Below, one piece after another: positions 10,688 to 21,265 of a stretch of 64,000 bases of DNA. Made by a program: the position numbers and the translations under genes. Source of the DNA: Acidobacteriota bacterium (GTDB lineage Bacteria > Acidobacteriota > UBA890 > WLXD01); assembly GCA_963666215.2 (NCBI GenBank), contig CAXWPL010000005.1, positions 224,001 through 288,000 of the forward strand. The letters run 5' to 3'. Below the pieces are notes generated by a model. The model was not told where the DNA came from. It did not search any database and saw only the letters and a list, made by a program, of their open reading frames with translations. Numbering within the stretch: position 1 is the first letter of the stretch; each line of letters begins with the position of its first letter.

Positions 10688-12493
10688 CTAGCTCAGCACA
10701 CCGGAAGGCTGTGAAGAGTAGAGCTCTTGATAGGTGCCGGTACCGCGCAGCAACTCTTCGTGCGTGCCCTGCTCGTGCACTCGGCCCTTGTCGATCACCA
10801 CGATCTTGTCGGCGTGGCGAATCGTCGACAGCCGATGCGCGATGATGACCGTTGTACGCCCTTCCATCAGGTTGACGAGCGCTTCCTGCACCAAGCGATC
10901 GGACCGTTCGTCGAGGCTGCTTGTTGCTTCGTCGAGGATCAGGATCGGAGCGTTCTTGAGCAGGGCCCGAGCAATCGCGATGCGCTGACGCTGTCCTCCA
11001 GAAAGGCGCAGCCCACGCTCACCGAGAACGGTGTCGTAGCCGTCCGGAAGGCGCTCGATGAACTCGTCGGCAAAGGCCGCCGCCGCCGCCTTTTCGAGCC
11101 GTTCGCGCGGCACATCGGGGCGCCCATAGGCGATGTTGCGCTCCAGCGTGTCGTTGAAAAGAATCGTGTCCTGAGTGACCACGGCGACGCGGGCACGCAG
11201 GTCCTCGAGCCGCAGCTCGCGAACGTCGACTCCATCGATCGTTACCCGCCCGGTCGTAGGCTCATAGAAGCGTGGGATCAGGTTCGCCAATGAGCTCTTG
11301 CCGGCTCCCGACGGACCAACGAGCGCCACCGCGGTCCCGGCCGCGATCGTCAGATCGACGTCGTGCAGCACCGGATCGCAGCGCTCGGAGTCGGTGTAGG
11401 CGAACGAAACCGATTCGAAGCGGATGGCGTCGACGACGGGGGACGGCGACGACTCGGCCACTTGATCGCCACCGACTCCGCTGCTCGAGCGGGCCTCGAT
11501 CATACGACCGCGCGCGAGTGTCGCCGGATCGTAGGCCTCAGTCGGCTCATCGAGAATCTCGTAGAGTCGATCGGCGGCAGCAGCCGCGGCCTGAATCCGC
11601 ACGTTGGCCGCGCTCAGGCGGCGCAGCGGCGAGTAGGTCACCAACGCGGCGGCCACGAAGCTGAAGAGCTCGCCCGTGGTAAGCCGACCACTCGAGATCT
11701 GGAAATAGCCGTAAACGAAGACACCCGCCACAGCCAGCGCCGCCACGAACTCCATCAGCGGTGAGCTGATGCTCGCGAGGCGCTGTGCCTGGAGTGAATG
11801 CCGAAAAAGGTGCTGCGCGGCGTCGCGGAACTTCGCGATCTCCGCCTCCTCCATGCAGAAGGCCTTGACCACGCGGATGCCGGTGAGGGTTTCGTGCAGC
11901 AGCGCCGAAATTTCGCCCAGCCCCTGCTGTGCGCGGCGGCTGAGAATCCGCAGCCTGCCGCTCATCCAGCCGACCAACCCGATGATCAGCGGCGCGGCGA
12001 CGAGCGTGATCAACGACAGCACCCAGTCGCGGTAGAACATCACGCCCACGAGAAAGACGAGCGTCAGGCTCTCGCGCATGAGGTCCACGAGAACCCGCGT
12101 GATCGCCTCCTGCACCGCGAGCACGTCACTCGTGACGCGCGACATCAGGCCGCCGGTCGTCCGGCGAGCGTGGAAGCCCAGAGGCACAAACTGCAGGTGT
12201 GTGTAGAGAGCCAGGCGTAGGTCGCGAACCACCGAAAACCCGACGCTACCCATCAGGTACGTCGAAACGTAGCGCGCGATGCCGAGAACGAAGTAGAGCA
12301 TCACAATCACGGCCGCCAGCCGCAGAACGAACTCCAACTCGGCATCGTCACGCAGGCCATCGTCGACGACGGTGCCCAGCAAAAGGATGACGCCGGCGTT
12401 GGAGGCGGCCACGGCCACCATCGCCGCCACGGCACCCGCCATGCGTTGATGGTAGCGGCGTGTAAAGGTGATCAGGCGCTTGAGATTGGTCAT
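10688..12493 (-). CDS. msbA: Lipid A export ABC transporter (permease + ATPase)
   Basis: N-terminal TM domain, GPSGAGKS, LSGGQRQR, ILDEATS, IAHRLST; coupled to lpxB. Confidence 0.9.
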   Translation of the reverse strand: MTNLKRLITFTRRYHQRMAGAVAAMVAVAASNAGVILLLGTVVDDGLRDDAELEFVLRLAAVIVMLYFVLGIARYVSTYLMGSVGFSVVRDLRLALYTHLQFVPLGFHARRTTGGLMSRVTSDVLAVQEAITRVLVDLMRESLTLVFLVGVMFYRDWVLSLITLVAAPLIIGLVGWMSGRLRILSRRAQQGLGEISALLHETLTGIRVVKAFCMEEAEIAKFRDAAQHLFRHSLQAQRLASISSPLMEFVAALAVAGVFVYGYFQISSGRLTTGELFSFVAAALVTYSPLRRLSAANVRIQAAAAAADRLYEILDEPTEAYDPATLARGRMIEARSSSGVGGDQVAESSPSPVVDAIRFESVSFAYTDSERCDPVLHDVDLTIAAGTAVALVGPSGAGKSSLANLIPRFYEPTTGRVTIDGVDVRELRLEDLRARVAVVTQDTILFNDTLERNIAYGRPDVPRERLEKAAAAAFADEFIERLPDGYDTVLGERGLRLSGGQRQRIAIARALLKNAPILILDEATSSLDERSDRLVQEALVNLMEGRTTVIIAHRLSTIRHADKIVVIDKGRVHEQGTHEELLRGTGTYQELYSSQPSGVLS

Positions 12494-13677
12494 CGCGACG
12501 CCAGCAGCCGCAATATCCCAGCGGCGGCGCGTCCCGAAGCGCCGGGCTCGCCGAGCTTCTCGCGCACCTCGAGGAGAAATCGATGCGTTTGCTGTCGGGC
12601 GGTCTCGTCTTCGAGCAAAGGGGCCAAACCTCGGGCAATTGCCGAGCCGGTTACGTCGTTCTGCAGCAACTCGGGGACACCCTGTCGTCCCGCCACGACG
12701 TTCACCAGGGCGATGTTGCTGACCCGCACCAGCAGCCTCGCGAGATTATAGGTAAGCCACGAAGTCCTGTAAACGACGAGCTCCGGTGTGCCCAGCAGCC
12801 CGGTCTCGAGCGTTGCCGTGCCCGAGCACACACAGGCCGCGCGGCTGTGACGCAAAACGCCGTAGCTATCGTCTTTAATCAAGTGTACGGAGGCGGCAAT
12901 CTCCGCCGGAGCGCCGGCAACAATTGCGTCGTAGATCTCGATATCGACGCCTGCGGCCACCGGGACCAGGTACTGACGCGGCTTTGAACGCTGCAGAATA
13001 GCCGCGGCTTCGAGCATCGCTGGCAGCAGCCGTTCGACCTCGGCCGGCCGGCTACCCGGCGCCAGCGCAACCCAATCACGATCGACATCGAGATCGTGAC
13101 GCTCGACAAAAGCGTCGAGATCCCATTCGCCGGGCATCACGTCGAGCAACGGATGGCCAACGAACTCCACCGGAACTCCGGCATCGGCGTAGAGCTCTGC
13201 CTCAAATGGCAGGATCACGAGCATCAGGTTGACCAGCCGACTCAGGGTGCGAACGCGACCCGGCCGCCAGGCCCAGACCTGAGGGCCAATGTAGTAGATG
13301 ATCGGAATCGACGGATGGGCCCGTCGCAGCCGCTTGGCGAGCGCGATATTGAAGTCGGGATAATCGACCAGGATGATGGCGTCGATCTGACGCTCGCGCA
13401 CCGCACGCTGAGCCTCGTTCATCGCGCGGCGGATGTGGTGCAGATGCGCGATCACCTCGGTGATACCAACAACTGCCAGATGGCGAATGTCGTAAAGAAG
13501 CTCGACGCCAGCGCCGCGCATGCGACTGCCACCGATGCCAATCGCCGTCAACTGCGGATCGAGGGCTCGCAGCGCCTCGACGAGACTCGCCGCGTGCAGG
13601 TCACCGGAGGCCTCCCCGGCGACCAGAAGCAAACGATGTCCCCCGGCGTCCGCACTGCTCGTGTCGGCGTCGCTCAT
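12490..13677 (-). CDS. lpxB: Lipid-A-disaccharide synthase
   Basis: VAGEASGDLH, VDYPDFN, PQVWAWR, ILPFE, FVGHPL, PGSRPAE, SGTATLE, PELLQ. Confidence 0.97.
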   Translation of the reverse strand: MSDADTSSADAGGHRLLLVAGEASGDLHAASLVEALRALDPQLTAIGIGGSRMRGAGVELLYDIRHLAVVGITEVIAHLHHIRRAMNEAQRAVRERQIDAIILVDYPDFNIALAKRLRRAHPSIPIIYYIGPQVWAWRPGRVRTLSRLVNLMLVILPFEAELYADAGVPVEFVGHPLLDVMPGEWDLDAFVERHDLDVDRDWVALAPGSRPAEVERLLPAMLEAAAILQRSKPRQYLVPVAAGVDIEIYDAIVAGAPAEIAASVHLIKDDSYGVLRHSRAACVCSGTATLETGLLGTPELVVYRTSWLTYNLARLLVRVSNIALVNVVAGRQGVPELLQNDVTGSAIARGLAPLLEDETARQQTHRFLLEVREKLGEPGASGRAAAGILRLLASR

Positions 13678-13832
13678 CAGCCTGAGCCCTCGGTCGGCGT
13701 GGTAACATCCGGCTCCCGCGAGCCACGCGCGGTAGGCCGATCGTAGCAGGATCCCCGCACGCCGGAAGGGCAAACCGCCTTCTCCACCTGCCGCGCTTCG
13801 CAATCACGCATCCTCCCGCCGACTGCAGCCGC

Positions 13833-14972
13833 TTGCCCCCAATGCGTATTTGCCTCGACTACCGGCCCGCCCTACACGAGGGCACGGGGGTCGGGACCTA
13901 CGTGCGCGGACTCGCACGAGCGCTCGCGGATCCCGCGACCGGGCTCGAACCCCCTGCTCCACAGGTGTGCTTGTTCTCGGCGTCTTGGCGGCACCGAGTC
14001 GACACCTCGCCGGTGCCTGGGGCACAGTGGACCGACGCCCGAATACCCGTACGGGCCCTCGACTGGCTGTGGCATCGGCGCGGCTGGCCACCCATCGAAC
14101 GATGGGTCGGCGACATCGATATCGCGCACTCTCCTTCGCCGATGTTGCTCCCCACACGTCGTGCTCGCCGCGTGGTCACCGTGCACGACTGCTACTTCAT
14201 TCGCCATCCTGAGGATGTCGCCGGCCCCGTGCGCCGAGACTACGTGCCACTGCTGCGTGCGGCTCTCGCCAAGGCCGACGCGGTAGCAACGGTGTCGGAA
14301 TGTACGAAGCAGGAGCTTGCCGACCTGTTGCCGGTAGCACCTGAGCGCATTCACGTCACCCCTTTGGGTGTCGACTCGGCCTACGCGGAGTCCAACCAGC
14401 GGGAAGATTGCGACGCCATTCTCGACGAGATCGGTGTCGACCCAGGCTACTTTCTCTTCGTGGGACGTCGCGAGCCTCGAAAAAACCTCGATCTTCTGAT
14501 GCGCGGCTTCGCTGCCCTCGCACAGCACCAGCCGCACGCGCGCCTCCTGCTCGTGGGTCCGGAGGGCTATCGCTGGCCGGCGACGTGGGCGTCGGCACCG
14601 CAGGCTGCTCGAGACCGGACGCGGTTGCTGCCGCATCAACCCGCGCGCCGCCTTGCGGCGCTCTACCAAGGTGCAGCGGCGTTACTGCTCACCTCCCGCT
14701 GGGAAGGCTTCGGGCTGACGGCGATCGAAGCACTTGCGTGTGGCACGCCCGTGATTGCGACGCCTGTCGGCGCGCTGCCCGAAGTGCTGGGTGAGCACGC
14801 GATTTGGATCGACAACAGCTCGCCCGACGAACTTGCTCACGCCTGTGAGCAGCTGCTGCTGCACCCCGAGCGCCAGGGCCAGCTGGCGGAGGCGAGAATC
14901 GCCCACGCTGGCACGTACACCTGGGAGCGAACGGCACGCCGTACCCAGTCACTCTACGCTGGCCTGGCGTAG
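13833..14972 (+). CDS. Glycosyltransferase family 4 (MtfB-like)
   Basis: GVGTY, VTVHD, FVGRREPRKN, EGFGLTAIEALACG. Confidence 0.92.
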   Translation: MPPMRICLDYRPALHEGTGVGTYVRGLARALADPATGLEPPAPQVCLFSASWRHRVDTSPVPGAQWTDARIPVRALDWLWHRRGWPPIERWVGDIDIAHSPSPMLLPTRRARRVVTVHDCYFIRHPEDVAGPVRRDYVPLLRAALAKADAVATVSECTKQELADLLPVAPERIHVTPLGVDSAYAESNQREDCDAILDEIGVDPGYFLFVGRREPRKNLDLLMRGFAALAQHQPHARLLLVGPEGYRWPATWASAPQAARDRTRLLPHQPARRLAALYQGAAALLLTSRWEGFGLTAIEALACGTPVIATPVGALPEVLGEHAIWIDNSSPDELAHACEQLLLHPERQGQLAEARIAHAGTYTWERTARRTQSLYAGLA

Positions 14973-15070
14973 CACGGATCGGGATCGAACGATGGGTCGA
15001 CGGCTCGGATCGGTCGAAAGAGCACGGCGGACGGAATGAAACGAACGCGCACTACGCCCGCTACGGGCCG

Positions 15071-16285
15071 ATGGGTCCCGCGGCGTCGGAGGCGGTCTTG
15101 AATCCCTTGCATATCGCTGTCGACGCGCGCGAGATCGAGGGGCGCCCAACGGGTGTCGGCCGTGTGCTCGACGGCCTGCTCGGTGCCTGGCCGGAGATCG
15201 ATCGACTCACGCTGATTGCCCGTTCGCAGCCGCGTGGCGGCTCGTGGGAAGCGTCAGCGGCGAGGGTCCAGGTCGAGCTTTCCCCGGGCCCGAGGCGCTT
15301 GCCCGGAAGCGCCTGGGAACAGATACAGCTGCCTGCCGCTGTACGTCGCTTGGGAGCCGACGCGCTTCTGTCACCTGCGTACGGGATGCCGGCTCTGTCG
15401 CCCTGCCCGACCGCCGTCGGCATGCACGACTGCGCCAGCGAAGCTCGCCCACAGGATTTCCGCGCCCGCGAGCGCTGGCGTCGTCGATTGTTCGCCCGTA
15501 TCGCGGCACGACGCGCGGCGTTCCTGTTCATGGGCTCGGAATTTGCGGCGCGCGAGGCCGAGCACCGTCTTGGCGTGCCGCGCTCACGCTCGCTGGTACT
15601 GCCGTACGGGGTCGAGGCCCGCTTCACGCCGGCCAGCGCCGACACCGTGGCTGCCGTGCGGCGCCGCTACGGACTCTCGGGTCGAACGGTGCTGTTTGTC
15701 GGCGCACATCTTCGGCGCCGCAACCTCGGCAACCTGATCGAGATCGTCGCCGATCTCGCCGAACAGAGGGACGACCTGCACCTCTGCCTCGTGGGTGAGG
15801 CGCCCGCAACATTGGCCGCCGCCCGAACGGATGCCGAGCTACCGCGTTGGGAAGGGATTGCCGGTCGCCTCGGCGACCGCGTGCGCTGGCTTGGATACGT
15901 TGAGGAGACGGATCTCCCGGCGCTCTACTCCGCAGCCACCCTCGTCGCCTACCCGTCGCGCTACGAGGGGTTCGGGCTACCAGTACTCGAGGCGCTGGCA
16001 AGCGGCACCGCGGTCGTCGCGGCGGCGGTCGGATCGCTTCCGGAAGTCTTCGAAGACCGCGTGTGGCTGATCGACCCGACGCACACAGAGCAGTGGCGGT
16101 ACGCCATGCGTACACTGCTCGATGACGAGGCAGAGCGTGGACGATGGGTGGCGCGGGCGAGTGAGTGGGCCCGCGGCCGGACCTGGGGGCTCGCCGCCAA
16201 CAGGCTGCGGAAACGGCTAGAGACATCGGTTGTGCAGCACAAGGGCCGTTACGTGCGTGCAGCGCCGAGAGAGTCGGGTGACTGA
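15071..16285 (+). CDS. Glycosyltransferase family 4 (MtfB-like)
   Basis: IAVDARE, TGVGR, YPSRYEGFGLPVLEALASG. Confidence 0.92.
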   Translation: MGPAASEAVLNPLHIAVDAREIEGRPTGVGRVLDGLLGAWPEIDRLTLIARSQPRGGSWEASAARVQVELSPGPRRLPGSAWEQIQLPAAVRRLGADALLSPAYGMPALSPCPTAVGMHDCASEARPQDFRARERWRRRLFARIAARRAAFLFMGSEFAAREAEHRLGVPRSRSLVLPYGVEARFTPASADTVAAVRRRYGLSGRTVLFVGAHLRRRNLGNLIEIVADLAEQRDDLHLCLVGEAPATLAAARTDAELPRWEGIAGRLGDRVRWLGYVEETDLPALYSAATLVAYPSRYEGFGLPVLEALASGTAVVAAAVGSLPEVFEDRVWLIDPTHTEQWRYAMRTLLDDEAERGRWVARASEWARGRTWGLAANRLRKRLETSVVQHKGRYVRAAPRESGD

Positions 16286-17222
16286 GGTGGGCGGTCCTGA
16301 CAGCGCTCCTGCTCGCGGATGCGAGGCGTCGGTGGACGTCGTGATCGTCAGCTACGAGCGATCCGATCTGCTCCTTCGATGCTGCGCGTCAGTGCGCCAC
16401 CATGCCCCCGCGGCCCGCATGATCGTGGTCGACAACGCCTCCACCGACGGCAGCGCCAGCACCGCGCGGCGCGACTTTCCCGAGGCTCTGGTACTCGAGA
16501 ACGAGCGCAATCTCGGTTTCGGGACCGCGGTTAATCGCGGTGTGGCTGCCGGCGATGGCCAGCTCATCCTGCTGCTCAACAGCGATGCCGAGCTCGCCCC
16601 TGGCTCCCTCGAAACGCTGGTCGCAACGCTCGATCGCGAACCACGCGCCGCAGGCTGTGGACCACGGTTGTCCGGCCCCTCGGGTGATATCGAGCTGTCG
16701 ATCGGCCGCACAATGAGCCCGGCCAGCGAGTTGTTCTTCAAGATCCTCGAGCCACTCTATGGCGGCGGGGCGGGACCGCTTACCGGAGTAGTCGAACAGT
16801 TTTACGCACAGAGCAGGCGTACCCGGTTCCTCACGGCGGCTTGTCTGCTGCTGCGGCGTGAAGCGTTCGAAGAAGTCGGAGGTATGGACGAGCGGTTCTT
16901 CCTCTACGCCGAGGATGTCGACCTGTGCATGCGGCTGAGTCGCGCCGGTTGGCACTTTCGATATACCCCGGATGCAGAAATTGAACACCAGCGCGGCGCC
17001 AGTGCCGGCGTCCGGCCGCTGCAAACCGAGCTTGCCTACCGGGCGAGCCAGCTCGAGCTGTACCGCAAACACCGTTCTTCCTGGGTCGCGGGCGCGCTGC
17101 GGATCTACTTGTGCGCTCGCTACGCGCTGGCCTCGCTGCTCGCGCGCGGTAAGCGACGCGAGCACGCCCGTGCCATGCTCGCCTGGTTCCTCGAAGGAGG
17201 GGCTGCGACCAGCCACGACTGA
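16278..17222 (+). CDS. Glycosyltransferase family 2 (WbbL/WfgS-like)
   Basis: VVIVSY, VVDNASTDGS, NLGFGTAVN, LLNSDA, GMDERFFLYAEDVDLC. Confidence 0.92.
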   Translation: MTEVGGPDSAPARGCEASVDVVIVSYERSDLLLRCCASVRHHAPAARMIVVDNASTDGSASTARRDFPEALVLENERNLGFGTAVNRGVAAGDGQLILLLNSDAELAPGSLETLVATLDREPRAAGCGPRLSGPSGDIELSIGRTMSPASELFFKILEPLYGGGAGPLTGVVEQFYAQSRRTRFLTAACLLLRREAFEEVGGMDERFFLYAEDVDLCMRLSRAGWHFRYTPDAEIEHQRGASAGVRPLQTELAYRASQLELYRKHRSSWVAGALRIYLCARYALASLLARGKRREHARAMLAWFLEGGAATSHD

Positions 17223-17275
17223 GGCGCGTCCGAACACACCGGTGCTCGTCGCTGGCCGCCAGCCGTAAAGCAGTC

Positions 17276-18481
17276 ATGCGAATACTGATCGACGCCCGCA
17301 AGCTCGACGACTTCGGCATCGGCCGAACGATCCGCAACCTCGTGGGCGCGATCGCCAGACTGCGACCGGAATGGCGGCTCATGCTCCTCGGCTCGCCGTC
17401 GCTGGTGGCCGCCGACCGTGCCTCTGCCGACGGTCTCACCGGTAGCGGCGGCGGCCGGATCGAATGGATCGAGACCGGGGCGCGCAGGTATGGGGTCGGC
17501 GAGCTGCTTACACTCGGCCGCCACGCCCGCCGACTAGGTGTTCAGCTCTATCACGCCCCGCACTACACGCTGCCGTGGAACCTTCCCTGCCCGGCGGTGG
17601 TGACCGTTCACGACTGCATCCACCTGCGCTTCCCGCAGTACCTTCCACGTCCGTTCGGACTTCTGCCGCGAGCCCTGAGTCGCGCCTATGCCGCCTGCAT
17701 GATTCGTGACGCCGTCGCCCGTGCCGCCCGCGTCATCGCCGTTTCCGAATCAACCCGACGAGATCTGTTGGGCCCCCTCGTCGGAGGGCGCACCGAGGAG
17801 CGCTCGGCGAGCGAGCGCGTGGTTGCGATTCACAACGGCTGCGACGCTTTTTTTCTCGAACGGCCGAGCGCCGACGAAGTCGACGACGCCCTGAACGCGC
17901 TGGCTCCGGGATTGCCGGAGCGCTTCTTGCTCTACGTTGGCAACGTCAAGCCGCACAAGAACGTGACCGCGTTGCTGACGGCGTTCGGCCACCTGCTCGA
18001 TAGCGACCGCTACGGTTCTCGCCATCGCGGACTCGGCCTCGTGGTCGCCGGCGAGCATGCGTGCGAACGACTGCGGGGACCTCTGAGCCAGCTGCCTGCC
18101 GCTGCCCAGGAGGGTGCAGGTCTCCGGTTCGTCGACCGCGCTTCCGACCGACTGCTCCGGGCCCTCTACCACCGGGCAACTCTGTTGGTGTTGCCGTCGC
18201 TCTACGAGGGCTTCGGACTGCCGGCACTCGAGGCAATGGCGTGCGGCACGGCGGTCGTTGTCAGCGATGCCGGCGGATTGCCCGAGGTCGTTGGCGGCGG
18301 CGGCCTGCTCGTGACTCCGGGCGACGCTGAGGAGCTCGAGGCCGCGATCGACCGACTGCTCGCCAGCGACGATGAGCGACAACAGCTGGCGTCGGTGGGC
18401 CGAGCACGAGCGCAGGAGTTCACCTGGGAGCGCGCCGCGGCGCGGACGATCGAGCAGTACGAAGCGGCGGTTGCGCAGTGA
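17276..18481 (+). CDS. Glycosyltransferase family 4 (MtfB-like)
   Basis: MRILIDARK, VVTVHD, YVGNVKPHKN, PSLYEGFGLPALEAMACG. Confidence 0.93.
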   Translation: MRILIDARKLDDFGIGRTIRNLVGAIARLRPEWRLMLLGSPSLVAADRASADGLTGSGGGRIEWIETGARRYGVGELLTLGRHARRLGVQLYHAPHYTLPWNLPCPAVVTVHDCIHLRFPQYLPRPFGLLPRALSRAYAACMIRDAVARAARVIAVSESTRRDLLGPLVGGRTEERSASERVVAIHNGCDAFFLERPSADEVDDALNALAPGLPERFLLYVGNVKPHKNVTALLTAFGHLLDSDRYGSRHRGLGLVVAGEHACERLRGPLSQLPAAAQEGAGLRFVDRASDRLLRALYHRATLLVLPSLYEGFGLPALEAMACGTAVVVSDAGGLPEVVGGGGLLVTPGDAEELEAAIDRLLASDDERQQLASVGRARAQEFTWERAAARTIEQYEAAVAQ

Positions 18482-19674
18482 GTTCAATGCATTCGGTGGA
18501 GCGAAGGCGTCTGCGAACCGCTCTCGTGCACGACTGGCTAACCGGGATGCGAGGCGGTGAAAAGGTTCTCGAAGAGCTTGTGCGGCTCTTTCCGGAGGCT
18601 CCCATCTACACGCTGCTGCACCAGGCCGGCAGCACGAGCGAGCTGATCGAGTCGCGCTCCATACGAACATCGTTCATCCAGCGACTCCCGCATGGGCACT
18701 ACCGCTGGTATCTACCGCTCTTCCCTCGTGCGGTGGAGTCGTTGCCGCTGGCCGACTACGAGCTCGTGATCTCGAGCAGCCATTGCGTCGCCAAGGGCGC
18801 CCAGCGCGGCGATTCAGCACTGCACGTTTGTTACTGCCACACGCCAATGCGCTACGCCTGGGACCAGTTCGACGCCTACTTTTCTCGCGAAAGGCTCGGA
18901 CCGCTGCGCTACGCGCTCATCCGCTCGATTGCGCGCCGGCTGCGGCATTGGGACCGTGCGACGGCCTCGCGGGTGGACGCCTTCGCGGCCAACTCTCGCT
19001 ACGTTGCCGGGCGGATTCGTCGCTACTACGGGCGCGAAGCGGAAGTGATTCCGCCGCCAGTCGACGTGGATCGCTTCACGCCCAGATTTGGGCCCGCTGA
19101 TTCGCGTGACAGCAACCATTCGGGCGAATCCGACCGGCAGGAGCATGAGTCCGGGTACTACCTCGTGGTCAGCGCGCTCAGCCCCTACAAGCGAGTGGAT
19201 GTGGCGATCGATGCTTTCAACCGTTCCGCTCGCCGACTCGTCGTTGTCGGTTGGGGACCCGAGCGAGACCGCTTGGCTGCTCTGGCCGGGCCGACGGTGC
19301 GCCTCGCCGGCCGCGTCGACGACGCCGAGCTGCTCGAGCTGTACCGCGGCTGCCGCGGCCTCATTCTTCCGGGAATCGAAGATGCGGGCATCGCACCACT
19401 CGAGGCCATGGCCTGCGGCCGCCCGGCGATCGTGCTGCAGGATGGAGGCGCGGCCGAGGCCATCGAGGACGGCCGCACCGGTGTGCTGATCCGCGACTGC
19501 ACGCCGGCGGCGATCAACCAAGCTGTTGACACAGCGGAGAAGCTCTCCTTCAATACCCGTGAGATTCGCCAACACGCTGAGGGTTACTCTACGAGTGTGT
19601 TCGCGAGCCGATTCCAGGCTTTCGTCGAGCGCGCGCTCGAGGAGCGTGCGTCCCGCCAGCAGAAGGAAGCGTAG
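18478..19674 (+). CDS. Glycosyltransferase family 4 (WbaZ-like)
   Basis: ALVHDWLTGMRGGEKVL, ISSSHCVAKG, YCHTPMRYAWD, EDAGIAPLEAMACG. Confidence 0.93.
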   Translation: MSSMHSVERRRLRTALVHDWLTGMRGGEKVLEELVRLFPEAPIYTLLHQAGSTSELIESRSIRTSFIQRLPHGHYRWYLPLFPRAVESLPLADYELVISSSHCVAKGAQRGDSALHVCYCHTPMRYAWDQFDAYFSRERLGPLRYALIRSIARRLRHWDRATASRVDAFAANSRYVAGRIRRYYGREAEVIPPPVDVDRFTPRFGPADSRDSNHSGESDRQEHESGYYLVVSALSPYKRVDVAIDAFNRSARRLVVVGWGPERDRLAALAGPTVRLAGRVDDAELLELYRGCRGLILPGIEDAGIAPLEAMACGRPAIVLQDGGAAEAIEDGRTGVLIRDCTPAAINQAVDTAEKLSFNTREIRQHAEGYSTSVFASRFQAFVERALEERASRQQKEA

Positions 19675-19761
19675 CAACACTCACCACCCCGTTACCGAAT
19701 CCGACGATCCAGCAGCGCCGGCCGAGCCCCCGCCGGCCAGCCCCTAGCCGCGAGCGACAGC

Positions 19762-21237
19762 TTGATCCGTCGACAGCGCACCATCCAGGGCATCACCCTC
19801 CTCGCGCTCGACGCGCTGGCGATCGTCGCGGCGTTTCTGCTGGCGTATTGGCTGCGCTTTGGGCTGCAGATCGTGGCCGTCAAGGACCTTCCGGGAATGG
19901 TCCCCGGCATCGAGCTCTACCGGCCTGTTCTCTGGTGCGCCCTGGTGATCGTGCCGTTGGTGCTGGCCTCGATGGGCCTGTATCGCGTGCGCCGCACGAA
20001 CGCGCGCGGCGAGGCTTACATCGCCGTCGCTGGAGGCATCAGCCTCGGAATTATCGCGGTGGCCGGGCTGGTTTCGCTGCTGTATCGGCCGGAGACGCTG
20101 CGGGCGCTGGTGAGTGGCGAGAACGTCGTCACGATCGCGGTGCCTCCCTTCTCGGTATCGCGCTACTTCCTGCTGTTCTTCTACGTCAATACTCTCTTGG
20201 CCGTGGTCGGCGCCCGGGTAGCGTTACAGGCGTTCTACGACCATCTCAGGCACACCGGGCGCAACCTCAAGCGCGTGCTCATTGCAGGCACCGGACCGCT
20301 GGCGCGTGTAGTTATCGACAAGATGAGGTTGCATGAAGAGTTCGGGTTCCGTATCGCCGGGATGCTGGCCCGCCCCGCCGACGGCGATGAGGCAGAACCG
20401 TACCGCGGGGTGCCGATCGTTGGCCAGCTCGCCGACGCTCTCGACGTTGTGCGCGGCCAGCAAATCGACCAGCTCTACCTGGCACTGCCGTTGTCAGCAC
20501 ACGAGGAGATCCTCGACCTGCTGCGCGCCGTGAGCCACGAGATCGTCGACGTCAAGGTCGTGCCAGACCTGCTGCAGTACATAGCGCTGCGCGCCGGCGT
20601 CGAAGACCTCGACGGCGTCCCGATTGTGAACCTTTCGCGCGTGCCGCTCGATGGCTTCTCCGCTGTGCTCAAGCGCGGTTTCGACCTTATCGTGGCCGCC
20701 GCCTGCTTGGTTCTGTTCGCACCGCTGTTTCCGATTGTGGCGTTGGCGGTAAAGCTCACGTCGGAGGGGCCGATTTTCTATCGCCAGCTACGCATGGGCC
20801 TCGACGGCCGGCCCTTCGAGCTCATGAAATTCCGTTCAATGGTTGTCGACGCCGAGTCGACAACCGGTCCGGTGTGGGCCGATGAGGAAGACAGCCGCTG
20901 CACGCCGGTGGGAGCGCTGCTACGCAAGCTCAGCCTCGACGAGCTCCCGCAGTTCTGGAATATCCTGCGCGGCGACATGAGCCTCGTGGGTCCGCGCCCC
21001 GAGCGCCCATACTTTGTCGACGAGTTCCGCCACCGGATTCCGCACTACATGCTCCGGCACAGGGTGCGCGCCGGCCTGACCGGGTGGGCCCAGGTGCACG
21101 GCTGGCGAGGTAACACCTCGCTCGAGAAGCGCATAGAATACGACCTCTATTACATCGAGAATTGGTCGCTGGCGCTCGATTTCAAGATCCTGTGGATGAC
21201 CGTCTCGAACGGAATGGTGCACGAGCACGCCTACTAG
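19762..21237 (+). CDS. Undecaprenyl-phosphate sugar phosphotransferase (WcaJ-like priming transferase)
   Basis: N-terminal TMs, [54 protein letters not shown]. Confidence 0.95.
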   Translation: MIRRQRTIQGITLLALDALAIVAAFLLAYWLRFGLQIVAVKDLPGMVPGIELYRPVLWCALVIVPLVLASMGLYRVRRTNARGEAYIAVAGGISLGIIAVAGLVSLLYRPETLRALVSGENVVTIAVPPFSVSRYFLLFFYVNTLLAVVGARVALQAFYDHLRHTGRNLKRVLIAGTGPLARVVIDKMRLHEEFGFRIAGMLARPADGDEAEPYRGVPIVGQLADALDVVRGQQIDQLYLALPLSAHEEILDLLRAVSHEIVDVKVVPDLLQYIALRAGVEDLDGVPIVNLSRVPLDGFSAVLKRGFDLIVAAACLVLFAPLFPIVALAVKLTSEGPIFYRQLRMGLDGRPFELMKFRSMVVDAESTTGPVWADEEDSRCTPVGALLRKLSLDELPQFWNILRGDMSLVGPRPERPYFVDEFRHRIPHYMLRHRVRAGLTGWAQVHGWRGNTSLEKRIEYDLYYIENWSLALDFKILWMTVSNGMVHEHAY

Positions 21238-21265
21238 CAGCCCTTCGCACCCTGATGGGAGCGGC